Below, in pieces: positions 56,577 through 64,000 of a stretch of 64,000 nt of DNA (position 1 is its first letter; every line of letters starts with the position of its first letter). Below the pieces are notes generated by a model. That model saw nothing but the letters and a program-made list of their open reading frames with translations, was not told the origin of the DNA and made no database searches. The translations under genes were made by a program, and so were the position numbers. Origin of the DNA: Alcanivoracaceae bacterium (GTDB lineage Bacteria; Pseudomonadota; Gammaproteobacteria; Pseudomonadales; Alcanivoracaceae). Location: the NCBI GenBank assembly GCA_035301485.1, contig DATGUF010000038.1:26271-90270 (forward strand), read 5' to 3'.

Positions 56577-56666
56577 ACAAACTCTTATCCTTCCTTATTT
56601 ACTAAAGTTTTGTGCTAAAGTTATGGCTTTCACCCGTGAAGAAACCACTGCAGTGAAAGGGCCACT

Positions 56667-57356
56667 ATGCAACCACACACCTTGTACCAAACTATTTTAC
56701 GTGAGCATCCATTATTTTCTGCACTGAACGCAGGGCAAATGGGCGAGCTACTCGAAAACAGCCGCTTACTAAACCTAGAAAGAAACGAGATTATTTTTCG
56801 CCAATCTGACGCTTGCGAGTATTTTTACTTCATCATCTCTGGGCGCGTTAAAGTTTATTTGATCACCCAAAGCGGCCAAGAAAAAGTGCTAGAGATTTTT
56901 GACGATCGCAATACCTTTGCCGAAGCCATGATGTTTATGAGCGCAGATACCTACGTGGCCAATGCACAAGCCGTGCAGCCTACGCAGTTACTTGCTATTC
57001 CAAACACCACTTACATTCAAATCATCAGGGATAACCCAGACACAGCCATTGCACTGCTCGGCAAGCTTTCCAACAAATTGCAAAAACGCATCAATGAAAT
57101 TGAAATTTTGTCCCTTAAAAATGCCACTCACCGCGTTATCCGTTATTTACTGTCACAAGGGCTGCGTTTATGCGGCGACTGTAACTACATGAGCTTTGAA
57201 CTTCCCATGACCAAACGCCTTGTAGCTGGCCATTTATCCATACAGCCAGAAACATTTTCGCGCATCATTCATCATTTAAGTGATGAAGGTTTAGTGCGCA
57301 TAGACGGCCGGCTTTTTTGCATTTTGGACAGCGAGAAACTCGAACAATACGAATAA
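56667..57356 (+). CDS. dnr: Crp/Fnr-family transcription factor, Dnr (NO-responsive) type
   Basis: 229 aa, very similar by eye to Pseudomonas Dnr (NTFAEAMMFM, LSLKNATHRVIRYLL, LVAGHLSIQPETFSRI). It lacks the N-terminal Cys cluster of FNR/ANR. The recognition helix has the E--SR motif. Confidence 0.75.
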   Translation: MQPHTLYQTILREHPLFSALNAGQMGELLENSRLLNLERNEIIFRQSDACEYFYFIISGRVKVYLITQSGQEKVLEIFDDRNTFAEAMMFMSADTYVANAQAVQPTQLLAIPNTTYIQIIRDNPDTAIALLGKLSNKLQKRINEIEILSLKNATHRVIRYLLSQGLRLCGDCNYMSFELPMTKRLVAGHLSIQPETFSRIIHHLSDEGLVRIDGRLFCILDSEKLEQYE

Positions 57357-57368
57357 CAGCAATGTGGT

Positions 57369-58535
57369 TTACACCTTATTCTCACGCGCCTTCATAGGCT
57401 GAGCAAACATCGCTAACAAGCATAAAAACCCTGCACTCCAAAACAGTGCCGCCAGCAACAACCAGCCGTTACTCGGCACAGAAACAAGAGCAACTATCAG
57501 CCTTAAACCGGCAGCTAGGCTAATAAGCCCCACACCCCAATGGGCTATAACACTGCCATTGGGGTCTCTGGTTCTACGCATCAAGTGGGTACGGCTCATG
57601 ATAGCCGCAGATAAAGTGCCTAAAGCACCCACTGTTATACAGTGTATAGCGGCGGTAGTGAGGCCTTCACACCCTATTAACGCAACCCCTAATGTGAGCA
57701 TCCCAAGCGCTAACCAACTATAACCTAGCGCTAGCAACAGTAGATCTAAACGCTCGCCGCAACGCCATAACTGCCAACGAAAAATGCGTACTCCGGACAG
57801 TACTCCTGCGGCTATTAACAGCGCTCCTGCAACGCTGCTGCTCCACGTCCATGGCAAGGGGTAACACAGCAAAGCCAACAGCAGCAATACAATAACAGCA
57901 CCTTCAATACTCGGCTGTACCCGATGCGGCATGGGTATTTGCTGGCGAATTAAGTATCCCGCCACGGCAGGAGCTAATACGCGCCCGCCCATAAAAAACA
58001 TAAGCAAACAAAGCCCTAACAGTAATTCAACGAGTACCGTGCGCCCCACCCATTGAGAAAACGACACTACAACTAGCAAGGCTAATAAAAACATTAATAA
58101 CGGAGCTACTACTTTGTTACGCCATTTCTTTGCTGATTTCGCAAACCGAGGCACCACCCAGTACCCCACCAAACATACTGCGAATAACGTAGACAACACA
58201 GCCGCTAAACTACCTGGCCAACAAAGAAAAGTAATACGTGCCGCTACCCAGCCCATGAGTAATACATATATTTGCCGCCGTTTTACTTTGCCCAACAAAT
58301 AACCCGCAATGACCAATAAGGCATAACCTGCAAGCAGTTCATGGGCATGTGCATACACACTGTAAAGCCCAGGCGGAGCAGGTATTTGCCACAGCAACAC
58401 CAACATAGACCAAGGCAGTATCAATGCAGCGTAAACCGCCGCCACAGGAAACAAAAAAGCACTGGCAAATACAGATTCAGGTTTTTGGGTTCTTAGCACC
58501 GCCATACCACTCATAAAGACGCCAACGTTTAACAT
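57369..58535 (-). CDS. nnrS: NnrS-family membrane protein (NO-stress associated)
   Basis: 388 aa with about 12 predicted TM helices. The composition and conserved His-containing segments are typical of NnrS, and it is adjacent to dnr. The start could also be 58514 or 58505. Confidence 0.75.
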   Translation of the reverse strand: MLNVGVFMSGMAVLRTQKPESVFASAFLFPVAAVYAALILPWSMLVLLWQIPAPPGLYSVYAHAHELLAGYALLVIAGYLLGKVKRRQIYVLLMGWVAARITFLCWPGSLAAVLSTLFAVCLVGYWVVPRFAKSAKKWRNKVVAPLLMFLLALLVVVSFSQWVGRTVLVELLLGLCLLMFFMGGRVLAPAVAGYLIRQQIPMPHRVQPSIEGAVIVLLLLALLCYPLPWTWSSSVAGALLIAAGVLSGVRIFRWQLWRCGERLDLLLLALGYSWLALGMLTLGVALIGCEGLTTAAIHCITVGALGTLSAAIMSRTHLMRRTRDPNGSVIAHWGVGLISLAAGLRLIVALVSVPSNGWLLLAALFWSAGFLCLLAMFAQPMKARENKV

Positions 58536-58604
58536 TACAGCTTACAACACACCTTTTTTACGATACTGCTCCCCTTTTCTTTTACAAACGCCGATTAAAA
58601 ATAC

Positions 58605-58618
58605 TTAATTAACATCAA
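58605..58618. promoter_or_regulatory. Dnr/FNR-type box TTAAT-TAAC-ATCAA upstream of nnrS
   Basis: It has one mismatch to TTGAT-N4-ATCAA. Its centre lies ~76 bp upstream of the nnrS ATG at 58535, which is compatible with a class II promoter. Confidence 0.45.
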
Positions 58619-58806
58619 CTACATTTCTATCCGCATGTGGCACTGTGCTAACTTGTAAAAACTTAATAATGGCCCCTACAATATTTAACTGCTTTTATGT
58701 TATAAACATTGTAAATCTCTTAGCTTTTGCGTGCGTTGTGCCATCGAGCAAAGTATAGTAGCTAGGAAGATGGGTTAGATGATTACCAAGATAAAGAGGC
58801 ATTACT

Positions 58807-59118
58807 ATGAAGAAGTTACTTATTCCAATGTTCGCGCTCGGTGCAGCGATCGTTGCACAACCAGCACTAGCTGCTGATGCGGAAGCTCTTTTTAACAGCA
58901 AAGGCTGTGTTGCGTGCCACACTGTGGATACAAAACTAGTGGGCCCTGCACTAAAAGACGTAGCAGCCAAAAACGCCGACGTTGAAGGCGCAGCTGAAAA
59001 TTTAGCAGCTAGCATCCAGAACGGTAGTTCTGGCACCTGGGGCCCAATCCCCATGCCACCCAATGCTGTATCTGCAGAAGAAGCTGCCGCCTTGGCAGAG
59101 TGGGTGTTAGGTTTATAA
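58807..59118 (+). CDS. Cytochrome c551/c8-family (class I) periplasmic cytochrome
   Basis: 103 aa with a signal peptide (…AQPALA) and a single CVACH heme site. [12 protein letters not shown] is nearly identical to the Pseudomonas c551 Met-ligand region. Confidence 0.9.
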   Translation: MKKLLIPMFALGAAIVAQPALAADAEALFNSKGCVACHTVDTKLVGPALKDVAAKNADVEGAAENLAASIQNGSSGTWGPIPMPPNAVSAEEAAALAEWVLGL

Positions 59119-59136
59119 TTCCTAACACACCACATA

Positions 59137-59167
59137 AAACGCGGGCCCATGACCCGCGTTTTTATTT
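59137..59167 (+). terminator. Intrinsic terminator downstream of the cytochrome c gene
   Basis: AAACGCGGG (59137-59145) pairs with CCCGCGTTT (59153-59161), and the T-run continues as TTTTATTT. A second inverted repeat, GTGTTAGG...CCTAACAC (59104-59128), spans the stop codon. Confidence 0.75.
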
Positions 59168-59263
59168 GTTAAATTCTTAACTTAAAACATAAAAAAACAA
59201 CAATTTTTGCTTCATTTGCTCTACATTGGTAGCCCAGTATTTTTTTTACAGAGGCAACTAATC

Positions 59264-60325
59264 ATGGGGCAATCTCTTCTCAAGCGCTTAAACCTTTCCA
59301 TTCCCATTGTTCAAGCACCCATGGCGGGCTCAACAACTCCGGCCCTCACCATTGCCGTTTCTAACGCAGGTGCTCTGGGTTCTCATGGCTGCGCAGCATT
59401 GTCTGTGCAACAAGCACGCAAAGATATACGCGCCATTGCGGCGCATACCAAGGCAGCATTTAATGTAAACTTTTTTTGCCACCAACCACCTCTTACCGAC
59501 GCCACACGTGACGCCACTTGGATTGAATTACTGACCCCTTATTTCAGAGAATTTGATACGGAGCCACCGGGTGAACTAAAGCTAGGTTATGTTGGGCTAG
59601 ACGAAAACCCTGAAATGATTTCTATGCTCTTGGAAGAAAAACCACCTGTTCTTAGCTTTCATTTTGGCGTACCCAAAGCGGCCACCATTAGTAAATTCAA
59701 AGCAGCAGGTATTGTACTATTTGGCTGTGCTACGAATGTTAGTGAAGCATTAGCTATCGAAGCTGCAAAGCTTGATGCCATCATTGTCCAAGGTTGGGAG
59801 GCAGGCGGGCATAGAGGCTTATTCGACAATAACACAGACACCGAGGAGCCTTTATTTACCTTACTGAAAAAAGTGAAAGAGCAAACCACCCTGCCGCTTA
59901 TTGCAGCAGGCGGCATCATGACGGGGCAAGATATTGCTAAAGCATTGGCCTTAGGTGCAGACCTCGTACAAATGGGCACAGCTTTTTTACTCTGCCCAGA
60001 CACCAAAACCACGGCGGCACACCGCGCCGCGTTAAAAACAGCTAAAAACACAGACACCACGATTATTTCAGTGATTTCAGGCCGCCCTGCACGGGGTTTA
60101 AGCAACCGCTTACATGCTGAACTCGCCCACCAAGCACATCTTATGCCTGAATATCCTTACCCCTATAGTGCAAGCAAAGCATTAACAGCTGCAGCCTTAA
60201 GGCGCAACGTGGAAGAGTTTTCTGTTCATTGGGCCGGTGCAGGGGTGGAAAAAATTAGAGAATTAGAAACCGAAGAGCTACTAAGGCACTTAATGGAAGA
60301 ATTAAACGAAGCTTCAGCTCACTAA
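59264..60325 (+). CDS. Nitronate monooxygenase (NMO / 2-nitropropane dioxygenase family, FMN-dependent)
   Basis: MGQSLLKRLNLSIPIVQAPMAG..., GWEAGGHRG, AAGGI..G. The ATG at 59264 is preceded by AGAGG. The track start at 59207 is TTG. Confidence 0.85.
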   Translation: MGQSLLKRLNLSIPIVQAPMAGSTTPALTIAVSNAGALGSHGCAALSVQQARKDIRAIAAHTKAAFNVNFFCHQPPLTDATRDATWIELLTPYFREFDTEPPGELKLGYVGLDENPEMISMLLEEKPPVLSFHFGVPKAATISKFKAAGIVLFGCATNVSEALAIEAAKLDAIIVQGWEAGGHRGLFDNNTDTEEPLFTLLKKVKEQTTLPLIAAGGIMTGQDIAKALALGADLVQMGTAFLLCPDTKTTAAHRAALKTAKNTDTTIISVISGRPARGLSNRLHAELAHQAHLMPEYPYPYSASKALTAAALRRNVEEFSVHWAGAGVEKIRELETEELLRHLMEELNEASAH

Positions 60326-61048
60326 AGGCAGGTACACGTCAAAACGTACTGCTTTGCCATTTAACTGACTGCTCGGCGCCATGCCGCCAAGGTAAGGCGC
60401 CTTACGTGGGCGCTTTACGATTACCTTATGGCTTGCTGTAGCACGTGCAATAGCCAGCAACGCACTTTCTTCTTCGGCACTAGCAATGGGAGCAAGGTGC
60501 TGCAACCATGCTAAATCTTTTTTAATCGCAGCGCTTTTGCGGCGCTCAGGAAACATAGGATCCAAATACACCACTTCAGGTTGAAACGTTAAAGTTTGCA
60601 GCACCTCTTCTGCATTACCCTTTAAAAGCGTTAGCGCAAATTCATGGGTGGCAGCCTGTAAGCGCTGCAGCCCATCTGCCAGTAGAAGCTGCACCACAGG
60701 CTGCGCCTCTATCATGGTTACTTGCAAGCCTGCAGCTGCAAGAATAGCGCTATCGCGCCCCAAACCAGCTGTAGCATCCACCACACGGCTATGCGGCGGC
60801 AATTTACCGAGCGCACGCACCAGCCTTTCATGCTGAGCGCGCCCTGCGGCTAATCGATAGCCTAAGGGGCCCGCAAAAAAATCTACAAATAATGGTGTTT
60901 CATTCCCGCCCGGCGCCCACAAGCTTAATCGCTCTTCGTGGTACCCCAATACTAGTGAAATTCCTTGCGCCAATGCTTCTTCCTCACTGCACACTACTGC
61001 ACCTGGTACAACAGGGGCATTAGGCAAAGTAGCTACCACCGCTGTCAT
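60314..61048 (-). CDS. rsmJ: 16S rRNA (guanine1516-N2)-methyltransferase RsmJ
   Basis: 244 aa with VVDATAGLGRDSAILA (SAM-binding) and VVYLDPMFP motifs. The start overlaps the uppP stop (ATGA). Confidence 0.85.
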   Translation of the reverse strand: MTAVVATLPNAPVVPGAVVCSEEEALAQGISLVLGYHEERLSLWAPGGNETPLFVDFFAGPLGYRLAAGRAQHERLVRALGKLPPHSRVVDATAGLGRDSAILAAAGLQVTMIEAQPVVQLLLADGLQRLQAATHEFALTLLKGNAEEVLQTLTFQPEVVYLDPMFPERRKSAAIKKDLAWLQHLAPIASAEEESALLAIARATASHKVIVKRPRKAPYLGGMAPSSQLNGKAVRFDVYLPLVS

Positions 61049-61863
61049 GCTAATAAACTATGCCAAGGCACGAAGAAAACAAAGAGGAAAAGAGCTAAGA
61101 GCACTCGATAATAAACGAAGCTCATCACACCAAAACGGCTAATAAAGCCTACAAAGCCGGCAATACTTAAATAGCCCACTATGCCAGATACCACACAAGC
61201 CGCCGCGAGTTGCGCCAAAGAAAATATTTGTGGCTCCGTAAAAATGTCAAAAGACATTAAGACTATGGCACCTAAAATAATAGGTATGGAAAGCAAAAAG
61301 GAGAAGTTGGCAGCGTCTTCACGCTGAAACCCTAGCAACAGGGCTGCTGTAATAGTTATACCGCTGCGCGATGTGCCGGGTATTAATGCCAATGCTTGTG
61401 CCAAGCCCACCACGGTGGCTAATAGCAAGCCCACTTGCAGCAAACGAATAGTACCTTTGCCACGCCGCTCAGCCACTCCCATTAACACCCCAAAAATTAG
61501 AGTGGTGGTGGCTATCAAAGTGACATCTCGTGCATTGTCACTAATGATATCGCGGAACAAGAAACCCGCTATCACAGCTGGCAGCGTTGCCCATACTAGC
61601 AAAAGGCTCAAGCGCAAATCTTCGTTCATTTGCCACTGTTTCACGCCGGTAATCGCACCCGCTGTCATGCGCCACAACATCTTACGGTAATACCATAAAA
61701 CCGCAGCTAGGGTACCCAAATGCACTGCTGCGTCAAACGCTAAACCTTGGTCGCCCCACCCTAAAAGCTCTGCTGGCAAAATTAAATGCGCCGAGCTTGA
61801 AACGGGCAAAAACTCTGTTAGTCCCTGAATAATGGCTAATACTAGCGTTTGCAACCAATCCAT
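61045..61863 (-). CDS. uppP: Undecaprenyl-diphosphate phosphatase
   Basis: 272 aa: IQGLTEFLPVSSSAHL and PGTSRSGITI motifs. Confidence 0.94.
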   Translation of the reverse strand: MDWLQTLVLAIIQGLTEFLPVSSSAHLILPAELLGWGDQGLAFDAAVHLGTLAAVLWYYRKMLWRMTAGAITGVKQWQMNEDLRLSLLLVWATLPAVIAGFLFRDIISDNARDVTLIATTTLIFGVLMGVAERRGKGTIRLLQVGLLLATVVGLAQALALIPGTSRSGITITAALLLGFQREDAANFSFLLSIPIILGAIVLMSFDIFTEPQIFSLAQLAAACVVSGIVGYLSIAGFVGFISRFGVMSFVYYRVLLALFLFVFFVPWHSLLA

Positions 61864-61865
61864 GT

Positions 61866-62303
61866 TTACTTCACCTTATCTGTAATAACATAACCCTCAA
61901 CAAATGCTTGGGGCATTCGCTTAGGCTTTCCTGTATCAATCGCCACGCATACCCAACGGGTTTTTGCACGCATTAACGTTGTATTGTCGCTTGGGCGATA
62001 AATTTGGTATTCACGTTCCAAGGTTAGCCGGCCATCATTGGCTACCACCCAAGTGGCCACTTCTAATTCATCACCTAAATAAGCGGCAGCGAGATAATCA
62101 AGCTCAGTGCGATGAGCAACAAAACTCCGGTTTAATTCTTGATGCACATCCCAACCGAGGTTTAGTGCCTCTGTGTGGCCCCACGCTGCTTGTTCAAGCC
62201 ATGTTAAGTAAGTGGCATTATTAACGTGGTTCATGCGATCGATAGCGCTTTCGTCAACGCGAATATTAACAATGTAAGGATTGGGCTTATCCCAATAACT
62301 CAT
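61866..62303 (-). CDS. Acyl-CoA thioesterase (4HBT/YbgC-like hotdog fold)
   Basis: 145 aa. DRMNHVNNATYLTWLEQA is the typical catalytic-Asp region of 4HBT-type thioesterases. Confidence 0.75.
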   Translation of the reverse strand: MSYWDKPNPYIVNIRVDESAIDRMNHVNNATYLTWLEQAAWGHTEALNLGWDVHQELNRSFVAHRTELDYLAAAYLGDELEVATWVVANDGRLTLEREYQIYRPSDNTTLMRAKTRWVCVAIDTGKPKRMPQAFVEGYVITDKVK

Positions 62304-62317
62304 TTTAGGCTCCTTTG

Positions 62318-62995
62318 TTATTCTTTGGTACGAGGTGTAGCAATTTGTTGGCGCAGGTAAACTGGCTCTAACTGCTCCGCGGGTAACGTACGACCTTCCC
62401 TAAAAGCGGCCACTGCAAGCCGTGCCACAGCGCCTGCGCGAGGATATCCCGGTGCGTGCCACTGGGCGACATTTAAAGGCCCAAATACTTCTGGATATGC
62501 TTCTTTGGCGCTACCCGTTGCCCATGCCACAGGCTGAGGCAATATGGGCAATGCATCTACGGGAACTAACTGGTCCTCTTGCAGTGGCACAACAAGGCCC
62601 TCTACTTCTTTGTATAGCCCCCAGTATATTTCTTGCATACGAGCATCTTGGACTACCAAGATAATGCCTGATGCACCGTTGTCTACGGCACCTAAGGCAC
62701 TAGCGGCCAAGCTTGAAATAGGCACTACGGGCACATTTAAGCCATACGCTATGCCTTGAGCTACGGAAATAGCAATACGCACTCCAGTAAAAGCGCCAGG
62801 CCCTTGCCCCACGGCAATGCCAGTGAGCGAGCTTGCCGCCACACCATGCTCTGCCAACAGCTGTTCCACCATAGGAAGAATTTGCTCAGTTTGCTGCCGA
62901 GGCGCCACTGTGAAGAGCTCTGCTAGCGGCTCGTGCTCACGCCATAAAGCTACTGAACACCCATCTGTGGAGGTTTCAATCGCGAGTATTTTCAT
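62318..62995 (-). CDS. tsaB: tRNA threonylcarbamoyladenosine biosynthesis protein TsaB
   Basis: 225 aa: MKILAIETSTDGCSVAL, GQGPGAFTGVRIA. Confidence 0.92.
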   Translation of the reverse strand: MKILAIETSTDGCSVALWREHEPLAELFTVAPRQQTEQILPMVEQLLAEHGVAASSLTGIAVGQGPGAFTGVRIAISVAQGIAYGLNVPVVPISSLAASALGAVDNGASGIILVVQDARMQEIYWGLYKEVEGLVVPLQEDQLVPVDALPILPQPVAWATGSAKEAYPEVFGPLNVAQWHAPGYPRAGAVARLAVAAFREGRTLPAEQLEPVYLRQQIATPRTKE

Positions 62996-64000
62996 GCACC
63001 AACCTAAAGAAACGTTGTACCACTTCTAATTTCCGAGTACGTGTCATATTTGGCAAACTCTGTAAAAAGAGGCGCCCATAACCTTTACTTACCACCCTTG
63101 GGTCGGCAAGCACCAACAAACCTTGATCTTTCGGATCGCGTATCAAACGCCCCGCCCCTTGCCGCAATGTGAGCACTGCATGCGGTATTTGAAACTCCAT
63201 AAAAGGATGGCGGCCCTGCTCTTTAATGTGCTCAATACGTGCCGCGGCCACTGGGTCACCGGGCGAGGCAAAGGGAAGCTTATCAATTATCACACAGCGC
63301 AAAGCATCCCCACGCACATCAATACCTTCCCAGAAACTCGCTGCACCGAGCAACACCGCGTTTCCGGCTTCGCGAAACTCAGCCAACAGCTGCCGCCTTG
63401 AACGTGTGCCTTGTACAAGCAAAGGATAAGGCAACCTATCTTCAAGCAGCGTTGCGGCTTCACGTAGCGCTCGATGGCTAGTAAAGAGAAAAAACACACC
63501 GCCTTTGGAAGCCTCTATCACTGGCTCCATAGCGGCTACTAACTCAGCGGTATAATTTTGCTCTTGCGGCATGGGTAAATTTTCAGGCACATACAGCACC
63601 GCCTGACGGCGAAAATCAAAAGAGCTAGCCAGGCTTTTCGTAGCTGCGCTTTGTAGCCCTAAACGGCGTAAAAAATGTTTGAAATCACCTGCTACGGACA
63701 AGGTAGCGGAAGTGAAAATCCAAGCACATTCTTGCTTTTCTCGATACGCCTTAAACGCTTCTGCCACAGAAAGCGGCGTACCATGCAACATGAAGGCACG
63801 CCGAAATGTTTCGAACCAATAGATAAGATAGGGATCTTTAGCTTGGCTTAAATGTACAAAGGAAAGCTGTAACTCCTCACATCGGCGAATGCAGTTATCA
63901 ATACCACGGCTTGATTTCTGCATGGGCTCAATATTGGTGTAGAGAGCATCGAGAGCTTCTATCAATGCTTCCGTCTTATCTTGGACCTCTGTGAGTTCTG
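62976..64000 (-). CDS. yoaA: ATP-dependent DNA helicase, DinG/YoaA family, C-terminal part; 5' end lies beyond the right window edge
   Basis: The frame stays open to nt 64000; the track start at 63965 is only an internal TTG. The helicase C-terminal motifs are VLLGAASFWEGIDVRGDALRCVIIDKLPF and QGAGRLIR. Adjacency to tsaB (yeaZ) mirrors E. coli yeaZ-yoaA. Confidence 0.75.
   Translation of the reverse strand, partial: ELTEVQDKTEALIEALDALYTNIEPMQKSSRGIDNCIRRCEELQLSFVHLSQAKDPYLIYWFETFRRAFMLHGTPLSVAEAFKAYREKQECAWIFTSATLSVAGDFKHFLRRLGLQSAATKSLASSFDFRRQAVLYVPENLPMPQEQNYTAELVAAMEPVIEASKGGVFFLFTSHRALREAATLLEDRLPYPLLVQGTRSRRQLLAEFREAGNAVLLGAASFWEGIDVRGDALRCVIIDKLPFASPGDPVAAARIEHIKEQGRHPFMEFQIPHAVLTLRQGAGRLIRDPKDQGLLVLADPRVVSKGYGRLFLQSLPNMTRTRKLEVVQRFFRLVHENTRD

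Noticed and set aside
58695-59150. A 151-aa minus-strand ORF completely covering the cytochrome c gene.
   Set aside because: The plus-strand product has a signal peptide, a CVACH heme site and near-identity to the c551 Met-ligand region. The antisense frame is Ala/Ser-rich with no features. It is a shadow of the GCN-rich cytochrome codons.

Overview
This window looks like conserved core chromosome from a gammaproteobacterium; I cannot assign a genus. Gene order matches Pseudomonadales/Oceanospirillales/Alteromonadales-type genomes. Base composition looks roughly balanced by eye.

Contents, left to right:
- Sulfate-assimilation cluster cysJ-cysI-cysH-cysD-cysN on the minus strand (cysN truncated by the left edge), divergent from cysG.
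- rimK with an AstE/AspA-family zinc hydrolase, then gloA, argG, rnt, zapE, can, rmuC and a YtoQ-family gene.
- An unbroken minus-strand block of about 29.6 kb (16356-45919): nlpD, DUF368, pcm, truD, ispF, ispD, ftsB, eno, kdsA, pyrG, tilS, accA, dnaE, rnhB, lpxB, lpxA, fabZ, lpxD, skp, bamA, rseP, dxr, cdsA, uppS, frr, pyrH, tsf, rpsB.
- map, glnD, an ArsC/YffB-family gene, an aldehyde dehydrogenase, a CvfB-like gene plus DUF2058, an outer-membrane barrel and plsB.
- A small NO-response group (dnr, nnrS, cytochrome c551, nitronate monooxygenase), then rsmJ, uppP, a thioesterase, tsaB and a truncated DinG/YoaA helicase.

I found no tRNA, rRNA, CRISPR array, IS or phage genes, and no recognisable defence island. 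I do not see a convincing novel multi-gene system.

Most unusual observations:
1. The glnD homologue lacks the signature catalytic residues of both its nucleotidyltransferase and HD domains, yet keeps an intact frame and its ACT domains.
2. rimK is paired with a carboxypeptidase-like hydrolase, a possible glutamylation writer/eraser pair.
3. The conserved truD-surE-pcm-nlpD-rpoS string lacks surE and rpoS and has gained a DUF368 gene translationally coupled to pcm.
4. dnr, nnrS and c551 occur without nir/nor genes, with a near-consensus Dnr/FNR box upstream of nnrS.

All homology calls come from reading the translations by eye against remembered family motifs. No searches were run.
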